A stretch of 54,515 nucleotides of DNA from Minisyncoccota bacterium. GTDB taxonomy: Bacteria > Patescibacteriota > Minisyncoccia > RBG-13-40-8-A. Below, piece after piece: positions 23,738 to 32,494 of the stretch; the first letter of the stretch is position 1, and each line of letters begins with the position of its first letter. The stretch is from the NCBI GenBank assembly GCA_035528175.1, contig DATKZC010000007.1, positions 1 to 54,515 on the forward strand, given 5' to 3'. Made by a program: the position numbers and the translations under genes. Under the pieces are notes generated by a model that saw only the letters and a list, made by a program, of their open reading frames with translations, was not told the origin of the DNA and made no database searches.

Positions 23738-25099
23738 ATGGCAAAAGACAAAGAATTTGATAAATTACCCCCGCAAAGCATTGAAGCCGAACAATCAGTA
23801 CTTGGCTCTTTGCTCTTAAGTAAAAAAGCTATTATTAAAATAGCCGATTTTATAAAACCAGAAGATTTTTATCGCGATAGCCACAGATTCATTTATGAAA
23901 CAATGCTTGAACTTTTTGAAAAAAATGAGCCGATTGATGTTTTGACTGTTTCCACTAAACTTGAGGCAAGAAACTTATTAGAAAAAATAGGCGGTTCAAG
24001 CTATCTAACAACTCTGGTAAATTTCGTCCCTACTGCCTCAAATATTGTCCATTACGCAAAAATCGTCCAAAGGAAAAAAACGCTCCGCGATTTAATTGAA
24101 GCTGCCTACAACATTACCCAATTGAGTTATAACGAACAAGAAGAAATAGAAGGAATTTTGGATCAGGCAGAAAAAAGCGTTTTTTCCGTTTCTCAACGTT
24201 CATTAAGACAATTTTTCACACCGATTAAATCAAGCCTTGAAGAGGCGTTTAACCGAATTGATTCTTTGCACAAACACGAAGGCGGAGCTCTTCGCGGAGT
24301 TCCAACCGGATTTATTGATCTTGATAACAAATTAGCTGGTTTGCAAAAATCTGATTATATCTTGTTAGCAGCTAGGCCGAGTTTAGGAAAAACGACTCTG
24401 GCGCTTGATATTGTAAGAAACGTTGCCGTAAAAGGGAAAAAAACAGTTGGCATCTTCAGTTTGGAAATGGCTTCCTCGCAATTGGTTGACCGCATGCTAT
24501 GCGCTCAGGCCAATATAGATTTATGGAAATTAAGAACCGGCAGATTATCAGATAAAGGCGAAGACAATGATTTTACAAAAATCCAAGAGGCAATGGGCGA
24601 ACTTTCCGAAAGTCCAATTTATATTGACGATTCACCATCAGCAACAGTTATGGAAATCAGAACAAAAGCAAGAAGACTGCAATCAGAACACGAATTAGAT
24701 TTAATAGTTATTGACTACATTCAATTAATTAATCCTTTAGGCAGCTACAACAATCCCGTACAACAAATGACAGAAATTTCACGCTCGTTAAAGGCACTTG
24801 CCAGAGAATTAGAAGTTCCGGTTTTAGCGGTTTCTCAATTATCAAGAGCATCAGAGCAAAGAGAGGATAAACGACCACATTTATCGGATTTACGCGATTC
24901 CGGATCACTTGAACAAGACGCCGATGTAGTTTTACTTATATATAGAGAGGATCTTGCTCATAAAAATTCTGAGAATAAAAATATCGCTGAAATTATTATA
25001 GCAAAACATAGAAATGGTCCAGTTGGAGAAATAAAATTATTTTTCAATCAGGATAAAGTCAGTTTTGAAAATCTTGCAAAACAAGAATATGAAGAATAA
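23738..25099 (+). CDS. dnaB: Replicative DNA helicase DnaB
   Basis: 453 aa. N-terminal PPQSIEAEQSVLGS, Walker A ARPSLGKTT, Walker B IVIDYIQL and the SQLSR motif. No intein. Confidence 0.95.
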   Translation: MAKDKEFDKLPPQSIEAEQSVLGSLLLSKKAIIKIADFIKPEDFYRDSHRFIYETMLELFEKNEPIDVLTVSTKLEARNLLEKIGGSSYLTTLVNFVPTASNIVHYAKIVQRKKTLRDLIEAAYNITQLSYNEQEEIEGILDQAEKSVFSVSQRSLRQFFTPIKSSLEEAFNRIDSLHKHEGGALRGVPTGFIDLDNKLAGLQKSDYILLAARPSLGKTTLALDIVRNVAVKGKKTVGIFSLEMASSQLVDRMLCAQANIDLWKLRTGRLSDKGEDNDFTKIQEAMGELSESPIYIDDSPSATVMEIRTKARRLQSEHELDLIVIDYIQLINPLGSYNNPVQQMTEISRSLKALARELEVPVLAVSQLSRASEQREDKRPHLSDLRDSGSLEQDADVVLLIYREDLAHKNSENKNIAEIIIAKHRNGPVGEIKLFFNQDKVSFENLAKQEYEE

Positions 25100-25106
25100 A
25101 TAATAT

Positions 25107-25730
25107 ATGCTGCCACGACCAATTCAAAATTTAATTGATGAATTTGCCAAACTGCCGTCTGTTGGCCCAAGACAGGCCGCCAGATTTGTTTTCCATCTAC
25201 TTGACCAACCCAAAGAAGAAATAGAAAAATTCGCCAAGAAATTATTCATCCTGAAAAAAGTAAAACAATGCGCTTTCTGTAATCGCTTTACAGAACTTCC
25301 GACTCTCTGCGAAATCTGCAAAAATACCCATCGTGACAGAACCACAGTTTGTATTGTGGAAAAAGATACCGATATAGAATCAATCGAAAAGACAAAAAGA
25401 TATAATGGCATTTATTATGTAATCGGCGCAGAAGATGAAAAACTGCAATTAGGGCGATTAAAAAATTTGATTGAAAGGATAAAAAAAGCCCGCCTTCGCC
25501 AAGGATTCGGCGAGGCAAGCAATAAAGACCTGAAAGAAATAATCATTGCAACCGACGCCACAACCGAAGGCGAAACCATTGCCTTATACTCAACGCGACA
25601 TTTGGAGGAATTAAAAAAAAGTTATCCTCAATTAAGGATAACTCGTCTTGGCCGCGGATTATCTACTGGCTCGGAACTGGAATACATGGACGAGGATACT
25701 TTAGCAAATGCCCTGCTTGGCAGAAAGTGA
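25107..25730 (+). CDS. recR: Recombination protein RecR
   Basis: 207 aa. HhH N-terminus (LP.VGP..A.R), a C4 zinc finger (CAFCNR...CEIC) and a Toprim domain (IIATDATTEGE). Confidence 0.93.
   Translation: MLPRPIQNLIDEFAKLPSVGPRQAARFVFHLLDQPKEEIEKFAKKLFILKKVKQCAFCNRFTELPTLCEICKNTHRDRTTVCIVEKDTDIESIEKTKRYNGIYYVIGAEDEKLQLGRLKNLIERIKKARLRQGFGEASNKDLKEIIIATDATTEGETIALYSTRHLEELKKSYPQLRITRLGRGLSTGSELEYMDEDTLANALLGRK
25488..25520 (+). repeat. GC-rich hairpin element in-frame in recR, encoding ARLRQGFGEAS
   Basis: GCCCGCCTTCGCCAAGGATTCGGCGAGGCAAGC aligns base-for-base with the trpS and hrcA-grpE spacer copies. Confidence 0.7.
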
Positions 25731-25759
25731 TTGACAACGCTTTTTATATAAAATAAAAT
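25731..25759 (+). promoter_or_regulatory. Putative promoter of the coiled-coil gene (leaderless)
   Basis: TTGACA-17 nt-TAAAAT, then 8 nt to the ATG at 25768. It starts directly after the recR stop. Confidence 0.5.
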
Positions 25760-25767
25760 CAAAGTAT

Positions 25768-26070
25768 ATGACTAGAAAACAAAACACAAATTCAACAAAT
25801 ATAGAAAAATTACTGAATCAACAAACAGTGACCATTCTTGATGCTGTTGATAAAAAAATTAATTTTCTTGATAAAAAAATAAATGGAATTGATAATAAAT
25901 TAGAAAAATTTGAAGAAAGGGTAAATATCAAAATCGACAAATTAACAACTCTTATTGATAAGTTTGTAAATCTATACACGAAACAAGAACAAGAATTTAA
26001 GATAATGAAATATGAGTTGAATCAAATTAAAAAAGTTATAAAAGAAAAATTAGGCATAGAAATCAGTTAA
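25768..26070 (+). CDS. Hypothetical coiled-coil protein
   Basis: 100 aa with K/E/I/L-rich heptad-like repeats and no catalytic motif. Its stop lies 1 nt from the convergent rplU stop. Confidence 0.55.
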   Translation: MTRKQNTNSTNIEKLLNQQTVTILDAVDKKINFLDKKINGIDNKLEKFEERVNIKIDKLTTLIDKFVNLYTKQEQEFKIMKYELNQIKKVIKEKLGIEIS

Positions 26071-26071
26071 A

Positions 26072-26389
26072 TTAAGCGGCGAGGATTTCGTTAATCTGGA
26101 CTTCGGTGAAAAACTGGCGATGGCCAGCTTTTTTTTGATATCTTTTCTTGGCTTTATATTTAAAAACAATAACCTTCTTTCCCCTGTCCTGTTTTGAAAT
26201 CGTAGCAGTAACTTTAGCGCCCTTGATAAACGGCTTACCGATTTCAATAATCTTTTTGTCTTCAAAAAGCAAAACTTCGGCGAATTCAACTTTATCACCT
26301 TCTTCGCCTTCAAGTTTTTCAACTTTAATTGTTTGCTTTGGTGAAACAATATATTGCTTCCCACCTGTTTTTATAATCGCTAATTCCAT
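26072..26389 (-). CDS. rplU: 50S ribosomal protein L21
   Basis: 105 aa. The sequence A.I..GGKQY.V.......VEKL, then KV.A......RG.K...FK.K.KK.Y..K.GHRQ..T.V.I is typical L21. No rpmA follows. Confidence 0.9.
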   Translation of the reverse strand: MELAIIKTGGKQYIVSPKQTIKVEKLEGEEGDKVEFAEVLLFEDKKIIEIGKPFIKGAKVTATISKQDRGKKVIVFKYKAKKRYQKKAGHRQFFTEVQINEILAA

Positions 26390-26403
26390 AAATTTTTACC
26401 AAA

Positions 26404-27432
26404 TTAATTTTCTGTATCTATCGGACCTTCGATTTCCAAAGGCTCTATCTTGCCTTCAACATCAATAAGCTTTGCCACGTCCTTATCAATCTTTCCGAAT
26501 TCCTTATACGCTTTATTATAGGCAGAAACCGTGGTCCCAAGATGTGTTCCTATCTTAGCAAGAAAATCATCATAGTTCAAGAGGTGGCGCCTTAAAACCT
26601 CAACTTTCTTCAAAATATCTTTGGCCGACTCCTCGATTTGCAAAGCGCGCAAACCTTGTAAAACCGTCTGTAAATATGCGTAAAAAGAAGTCGGTGAAAC
26701 AATAATCACATGTTTCTCTTTAAAAGCATACTCTATCAGGTCGTAAGTGCTGATTTTTACTGCCCCAACCTGGTTTATTAAAAGATCATAATAAATTCCT
26801 TCTGACGGAATAAACATAAAAGCGAAATCCATTGTGCCTTCTGACGGACGAATATATTTGGCGGTTTCCTCAATGCGATTTTTTAAGTCTTGTTTAAATA
26901 TTTTTTCCAAATCCCCTCGCCTGCTCTCGTCTTTTTCTTCTAAAATGCGATTATAGTTTTCTAAAGAAAACTTTGAATCAATGGGAATAATTTTTTCTTT
27001 AACAAATACAACTGCATCAACCTTTTCTCCATTTTTGAATTTATATTGCAATTGATATTGATTTGGCGCAAAAATATTTTGTAAAAGCGTTTCCAAAAAA
27101 TATTCACCCAAACTTCCTCTTTGTTTGGGATTCGCCAGAACATCGGTTAATTTCCCTAATTGATTTTTTACATCAATTACATGCTTATTATCAGCATGTA
27201 TTTTTTCCAATTGCGTAGTAATATCTCTGATGCGCGTAGTGGCGTCGCGAGATATTCTTCCACTTTCTTCTAATTGTTTTTGCATTGTTGCCAAGCTTTT
27301 TTCTCGCGATTCGGTCATTTCTTTCCTAATTTCTTTTAATTCATCAGCCAACCCTTTTTCTTTTTTGCCAAAAATCAGGTATAGAACAATACCCAATAAA
27401 ACAAAAATAATTATGTATAAAAAATAAGTCAT
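26404..27432 (-). CDS. rmuC: DNA recombination protein RmuC
   Basis: 342 aa with an N-terminal TM helix, a coiled coil, then the RmuC nuclease-like core (KQRG.LGE..LE..L, DA.V......IPIDSKF, FMFIPSEG). Confidence 0.85.
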   Translation of the reverse strand: MTYFLYIIIFVLLGIVLYLIFGKKEKGLADELKEIRKEMTESREKSLATMQKQLEESGRISRDATTRIRDITTQLEKIHADNKHVIDVKNQLGKLTDVLANPKQRGSLGEYFLETLLQNIFAPNQYQLQYKFKNGEKVDAVVFVKEKIIPIDSKFSLENYNRILEEKDESRRGDLEKIFKQDLKNRIEETAKYIRPSEGTMDFAFMFIPSEGIYYDLLINQVGAVKISTYDLIEYAFKEKHVIIVSPTSFYAYLQTVLQGLRALQIEESAKDILKKVEVLRRHLLNYDDFLAKIGTHLGTTVSAYNKAYKEFGKIDKDVAKLIDVEGKIEPLEIEGPIDTEN

Positions 27433-27445
27433 TGATATAACTTTA

Positions 27446-28399
27446 CTATCTAAAAATAAATTCTGCGATTAAAAAAAGAATATATAATCCGACTAAAATC
27501 CAACCCTCTTTGATTGAAATCTTCCTACCACTGGACAAAAAGACATTAGCAAGAATAATTCCCAAAAGCATAAAACCTGCGCCAATGAGAATTACATTTA
27601 GATTTTCCAAGCGTATTGGGCTGATTATCGCAGTTATTCCAAGAATAAATGTTGAATTAATTACAACGCTACCGATTAAATTCCCCAAACTCATGCCTTC
27701 ATGCTTGGTAATCGCTGCCTTAATTCCAAAAACTAATTCCGGCAAAGAAGTTCCAATTGCCACAAGAATTATAGAAATCAATGCAAGCGGAATGTAAAGC
27801 TCCTGGGCAATAAGCTTTGCACTTTCTACTACCCCCCAAGCAGATAAAACCAGAATTGCGACTGATAAGATAAAATAAAAAATTGTTCTCAATAATTTAT
27901 ACTGGGTGGTTGTGATTTTAAGGACATGATTAACCCTATGCTTAAACGCATCTTTTTGTTTTAAAATATACCAAATATACCAGCCAAAAATAATCAATAA
28001 AAGAAATCCTTCTCCGCTGGAAATTTCCTTATCAAAAAGCATTACTAACGGAACCAAGGCAATGAAAAATATAATCCATGTATCCTTTTTCGCAATTCTG
28101 CTTTCTACTCTTAAACCCTTGGAGACTATAGCAACCAAGCCCAAAATAAAAGTCAGATTAATAAAATTAGAGCCAATAACATTTCCCAAAGAAACAATGG
28201 AATTGCCTTTAATACCGGACATTATTCCTACAATTAACTCTGGCAGAGTTGTGGCAAAGGTCATAAGGATAAACGCCAGAACAAATTCAGTCAATCTAAA
28301 ATAATGCGACAATTGTGCTAATAGTTTAACCAATTCAGAACCGCTTCTGACCAAGGTATAACAGAGCAGAACAAAAATCAATAGATATAAAATAATCAT
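27446..28399 (-). CDS. Ca2+/Na+ antiporter family (CaCA, YrbG-like) membrane protein
   Basis: 317 aa with about 10 TM helices and two alpha-repeat motifs: GTTLPEL-type (ATTLPELIVG, GTSLPELVFG) and GN.IGSN/GNLIGS. Confidence 0.85.
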   Translation of the reverse strand: MIILYLLIFVLLCYTLVRSGSELVKLLAQLSHYFRLTEFVLAFILMTFATTLPELIVGIMSGIKGNSIVSLGNVIGSNFINLTFILGLVAIVSKGLRVESRIAKKDTWIIFFIALVPLVMLFDKEISSGEGFLLLIIFGWYIWYILKQKDAFKHRVNHVLKITTTQYKLLRTIFYFILSVAILVLSAWGVVESAKLIAQELYIPLALISIILVAIGTSLPELVFGIKAAITKHEGMSLGNLIGSVVINSTFILGITAIISPIRLENLNVILIGAGFMLLGIILANVFLSSGRKISIKEGWILVGLYILFLIAEFIFR

Positions 28400-28482
28400 C
28401 TTTTAATTTTAACACAAAAAAATCTTTTATTAAACCAAAAAGTGGTCACCAAAAAAGCAACCGCTTTTATATAATCAATCAA

Positions 28483-29688
28483 TTATTTCCATTGTCCGTT
28501 TTTTATGTTTGGATTCTGCAATGAATCCTTTTTTTTGTTTTTCTTTGTAAAAAATAAAATTATCCAATAAATCAGGAGCGCGATAACGGCAATAATAACT
28601 ATTGTTTTTATGCTTTTGCCAAAGGTTGAGAAGTTAAAAATACTTGCCAATAATGACGGCTTTTCAATACTGACAACTTCTAATGTTTGTTCTTCGGCAA
28701 CGGGTTTTTCTTCAATATTGGTTTCTTCTTCGGTTATATTTTCTGTTTCAGTGATTGCGTCAGTTTCTGCAATTTGTGCCGGTATTTCCGTAAAAGCTCC
28801 CGCAACCTCACCCATCGCCTCAATTATTGGTTTAACTCCGGTGGTTATAAACGTAAACTCCTGTCCAATTGCTAATGATCCATGAGAAACTGCTCGATAA
28901 TAATAAATTGTTCCGGAAGTTAATCCAGTGATAGTCACTGAGTGATAAACAACTTTTGTGGCGATATCGTATTCTGGGGTTGTGTGTGCATAACCATAAA
29001 GGGGTGGGATTCCAGTATTATCGCTTAGATTTAATGTATGTGCTTCGTCTCCTGTTCCATAAATCACCTGACTGGTTGCGGCATAACTTGTTGTCCACGT
29101 TATAGTGACACTTGTTTCGCTTGGAATTACACTTGCTTCATTGTAGATGCTTAGGGCCGGTATTCCGGGACTTCCTCCACCACCTGAACCACCACTTGTT
29201 CCACCGCCACCGCCTTGACCTTCTTGCCCCTGAAATCCAATCACGATGTCAAATCCAAGCGTTTTTGCTTGCCAATTATCATTTGCATTGGCGTTAAAAG
29301 TTATAGAAAAATCATATCGAGTGTTGCCATTATTAGCTAAATCAGAAAGATATGTTTCGCCTTGATTAAAAAATTCTTTCAGAGTTTTATTAAAAATTTC
29401 TGTTTCCCCTTCTTTTATAATCAAATTTAATTGTTCAGCAAAATTATTGGAATCAGTTTTGTTTATTGCTTCAACAATAACTTTTTGCGTAGAGCCACTT
29501 GTGTTTCCAATTTTTACCCATTGAGTTGTAGTGTTCCCTGGCGCAAAGTTTGCTTTATTAAATAATGGTGAATTTTCAAATTCAACACTAAGTCCTGCCG
29601 CGCTTGCAACACTGGTTAGGGTTCCCATCCCCAAAATAATTCCCGAAATTATTAAAATGATTTTTAGTTTATTCATATTTTTATTCAC
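28483..29688 (-). CDS. Membrane-anchored fibre-operon protein: TasA-like beta-sandwich + Gly linker + FN3-like domain + C-terminal TM anchor
   Basis: 401 aa with a Sec signal (..TSVASA-AG). The N-domain has a TasA/camelysin-like pattern (PG.....V.IGN.G, F.I.F.A). It continues with a GGGG linker and an FN3-like segment (VTITWTT...YHSVTITGLTSGTIYYYR). The C-terminus is a hydrophobic helix followed by KKNKKK. Confidence 0.6.
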   Translation of the reverse strand: MNKNMNKLKIILIISGIILGMGTLTSVASAAGLSVEFENSPLFNKANFAPGNTTTQWVKIGNTSGSTQKVIVEAINKTDSNNFAEQLNLIIKEGETEIFNKTLKEFFNQGETYLSDLANNGNTRYDFSITFNANANDNWQAKTLGFDIVIGFQGQEGQGGGGGTSGGSGGGGSPGIPALSIYNEASVIPSETSVTITWTTSYAATSQVIYGTGDEAHTLNLSDNTGIPPLYGYAHTTPEYDIATKVVYHSVTITGLTSGTIYYYRAVSHGSLAIGQEFTFITTGVKPIIEAMGEVAGAFTEIPAQIAETDAITETENITEEETNIEEKPVAEEQTLEVVSIEKPSLLASIFNFSTFGKSIKTIVIIAVIALLIYWIILFFTKKNKKKDSLQNPNIKNGQWK

Positions 29689-31831
29689 TTAAAATCGATT
29701 CTTCAATCATTGGTTCTTCGGTTACCAGTTCTTCAACCTTCGGTTCTTCAACCACGGATTCAATTATTGGTTCTGGTTCAGTTATTAACTCTTGAATTGG
29801 CATTTCTTCTGTAATTAGTGTTTCTTCAATTATCGGCACTTCTTCAATCGTCGGTGTTTGTTCTATTGCCGGTTCTTCGGTTGTTATTTGTTCTTCTGTG
29901 GCCAGGATTTCTTCTGTGTTTTCTTCAACAATCTCAATAATCGGTTCTGTTGGCAGTTCGATGTCCTCTAAAATTTCTTCTGGAGTTTCTTCAATTATTT
30001 GCTCGGGTAAGATTTCTTCAACTGTTGATTCTTCAATATTTTCCTGAACAATATTTTCTGCTATTTTACTTACGATTTCATTAATTTCTTCAATAATTGT
30101 TGGTTCAGTGATTTCTATAGACTCTAAAACAATAAATTCATCCAAACCAGTATTGTCAATATTTTCAAATTCTACTTCAAGATCTTCTTGATTATCTATT
30201 TCTATTTGTTCTTCTAATATGTTTGGCTTACCCGGCGTTGGAATTGGGTCAACCCAGATTGAACTGCCATCAGGTATTCTGGCATAAGATTTGTTCTCTG
30301 GAATCTGTCCATAATGGCTTACAACTTCTGAAAAATCTAAAGCCTTATCATAAATTTTAATCTCATCTATTAAACCCTTCCAATAAAATCCATTACCATA
30401 ACTGCCGAGATAAAAATTATTCGAATTGTAAGTAATGTTTACAGTTGTTGCTGTCCCAGATCCGATTTCTGCGCCATCTACATAAAGCCGCACCTTTGAA
30501 CCGTCATAGGTTCCTACAACATGATGCCAGTTGTTGTCCCATATTCCTGCGCCAACAGCAGGAGAGAGAACAAACCCGCCACTATGACCAATATAAAACC
30601 TCAATCCACCACTTGAACCAGTATAGAACGCGTATGATGCGAATGAACCGCTGTAATGTTTATCAATAATATATTTATATGCGCCCGGTGTTTCAGAATT
30701 TTTAACCCAGGCCTCAAGCGTAATCTGTGATGGATTTAGACTACTTGCATCAGCAACCGTTACATTGTCATTGCCATCAAAACTCAAACCATCACTAATT
30801 TTGCCACTTATAAATGTTGCCCCATCATTGATTCCATCGTTGTTGTTTCCGCTTTGGTCTAATAAATCATTATTCAATGGCAAATATAGTACCATATCAT
30901 TTGTTGAGCCTGGTGTATTATTAATATTATATTCGGGCAATGCATAAGTATAAGAATCAACTAAAACATCATTTGAATTATAAAGATCTACTGTATCGCC
31001 AGTATTATTCAAAATATCATCATTCATAAACACAACCAACCAACCATTAGCGCCGATAGTTGTAGAGCTATCCAAAGTATTTGTTGACTGTATAATAATT
31101 TGATTATCTGTCGCATTTTTGATATACCAACCGGCTAAATCTAATGGATTTGATGTTTGATTGTAAATTTCAACCCATTCACCCAAAATACCATTTTGCG
31201 TATCATCGCCGATTGGATTTGGTAAAAATTCATTTAAAACAACTGGCGGGCTCCAATAATTAGCCGAAATAGTGCTTTGTATTTCCTCTGTATCATAAAA
31301 TCCTTGCCCTTCCGATAACCCCTCTTGCCAACCGTTAAAAACAAATTTAAAATTACAAATTTCTCCCTGTAAATCACCTGAAGCGCCTGATGGCAAAGAT
31401 ACGATAAAATTCCAACTCGGCGTACTAGAGAAAGTGAACGGTCCCAGGTCAGTGAAATTCTCTAATAACCCAATATATGTGCCCGCTGTTAATTCTAAAT
31501 CATTACAAAGATCACCAGAAACTTTTTCATAATTAATTTTGTATTGAAACCCCAAAGTGCCATTATTTTGAATGGTTAAATTTTTCGTTGATGAATCGCC
31601 CGGATTTAATCCACTTGGCGAAAAATCACTGCCCGTCAAACTAAAATCTAAAGTCCCAACTGAAAAAGTATTGGTATTAGAATCTTCAATGTCGCTAAAA
31701 TAAGCAGTCGTTCCTCCCAATATAGAAATACCATAAAAAGCAAGACAAATAACTCCGACAAAAATTCCTATTTTGCCTAAGCCTTTTATTGTCTTTCGGA
31801 ATATTCTTTTTTTATAATTTATCCACTTCAT
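29681..31831 (-). CDS. Large secreted fibre-operon protein: SipW-type signal + TasA-like N-domain + lamin-tail domain + LamG domain + acidic repeat tail
   Basis: 716 aa. The signal ends in GGTTAYFSDIED. The LTD signature is LNEFLPNP.GDD...EWVEIYN..S.P.DLAGW. The LamG-like segment is LSFDG.DNV.V....L....T.EAWVK...WHHV.GTYDG...LYVDG. The last roughly 180 aa are degenerate E/I/P/T repeats. Confidence 0.7.
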   Translation of the reverse strand: MKWINYKKRIFRKTIKGLGKIGIFVGVICLAFYGISILGGTTAYFSDIEDSNTNTFSVGTLDFSLTGSDFSPSGLNPGDSSTKNLTIQNNGTLGFQYKINYEKVSGDLCNDLELTAGTYIGLLENFTDLGPFTFSSTPSWNFIVSLPSGASGDLQGEICNFKFVFNGWQEGLSEGQGFYDTEEIQSTISANYWSPPVVLNEFLPNPIGDDTQNGILGEWVEIYNQTSNPLDLAGWYIKNATDNQIIIQSTNTLDSSTTIGANGWLVVFMNDDILNNTGDTVDLYNSNDVLVDSYTYALPEYNINNTPGSTNDMVLYLPLNNDLLDQSGNNNDGINDGATFISGKISDGLSFDGNDNVTVADASSLNPSQITLEAWVKNSETPGAYKYIIDKHYSGSFASYAFYTGSSGGLRFYIGHSGGFVLSPAVGAGIWDNNWHHVVGTYDGSKVRLYVDGAEIGSGTATTVNITYNSNNFYLGSYGNGFYWKGLIDEIKIYDKALDFSEVVSHYGQIPENKSYARIPDGSSIWVDPIPTPGKPNILEEQIEIDNQEDLEVEFENIDNTGLDEFIVLESIEITEPTIIEEINEIVSKIAENIVQENIEESTVEEILPEQIIEETPEEILEDIELPTEPIIEIVEENTEEILATEEQITTEEPAIEQTPTIEEVPIIEETLITEEMPIQELITEPEPIIESVVEEPKVEELVTEEPMIEESILSE

Positions 31832-32423
31832 TTTCTTTTATTTCTTCTTCAACTTTTTTTATTTCTTGTTTTAATTCATTGATTTTTTCATCTTGATTTG
31901 CATCTTTTTCTCTTTTCTTCTTTTTTAATCTCATTATTTCTCTCCAAATTTTCCTGATTTCATCATTTATAATTACAACTGCAGGAATAACAATAATCAA
32001 CACAAATCCCACTGGCTTTCTCACAAAATCAATTACATATCCTAAATATGGAACTTTGATAATTGTTTTGCCAATTATGTCTGATTTCTTAATTTCGCGC
32101 GAATCTACAGAATTATTGGCATCGCCTTTTGTAATATAAACTGGCTCGCCTCCAACAACTTTTATTTCTGCAATTCTGTGTGTTGTTGGTGGTATAGTTT
32201 TGGTTGTTGAGCCAAAAGTGATAATATCTCCAATTTTGTAATCGTTTACCGGCTTAGTCAGAACAATACTTCCGGTTTTTATTGTCGGTTCCATAGAACC
32301 AGACAAAACCGTCATAAATTTTATATTTCCAGTAATCGGTAAAATCGAGATTATCAACAACCCTGCAATTAACAAAATTATAATCAACACAATCCAATAT
32401 AAAATTTTAAATGTTTTTTTCAT
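31812..32423 (-). CDS. sipW: Signal peptidase I, SipW/archaeal-ER type (S26B)
   Basis: 203 aa with an N-terminal TM helix. It carries the catalytic Ser motif SGSMEPT, a TTHRI His motif and GDAN. The C-terminal TM helix is followed by a K/E-rich coiled-coil tail. Confidence 0.8.
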   Translation of the reverse strand: MKKTFKILYWIVLIIILLIAGLLIISILPITGNIKFMTVLSGSMEPTIKTGSIVLTKPVNDYKIGDIITFGSTTKTIPPTTHRIAEIKVVGGEPVYITKGDANNSVDSREIKKSDIIGKTIIKVPYLGYVIDFVRKPVGFVLIIVIPAVVIINDEIRKIWREIMRLKKKKREKDANQDEKINELKQEIKKVEEEIKENEVDKL

Positions 32424-32439
32424 GATTAAGGTCTTTACA

Positions 32440-32479
32440 AGTTGCTTAAATTATCCCACAAGCATAAACTTAAGCAACT
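32440..32479 (-). other. Intercistronic stem-loop between the tasA-like gene and sipW
   Basis: Perfect 10-bp stem AGTTGCTTAA / TTAAGCAACT with a 20-nt loop in a 71-nt spacer. No T-run follows it on the minus strand. Confidence 0.55.
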
Positions 32480-32494
32480 AAAAAAACTTTAAAG

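Noticed and set aside
25728-25730. Possible alternative genetic code (UGA recoded, as in some CPR lineages)
   Set aside because: TGA terminates recR, the clp-like gene (38701), recA (50371) and the 97-aa ORF at sensible protein lengths. No conserved gene needs read-through. The code is standard.
26070-26072. Convergent stops of the coiled-coil ORF and rplU are 1 nt apart with no terminator, and rpmA is absent after rplU
   Set aside because: This is probably just genome compaction. Nothing in the sequence suggests a specific mechanism.
29690-30150. Periodic short repeats (ggttcttc / ttcttcaa ...) that could be mistaken for a CRISPR or tandem-repeat array
   Set aside because: They are in-frame degenerate codon repeats encoding the acidic E/I/P/T tail of the 716-aa protein. 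There is no constant repeat with unique spacers. I found no CRISPR array anywhere in the window.
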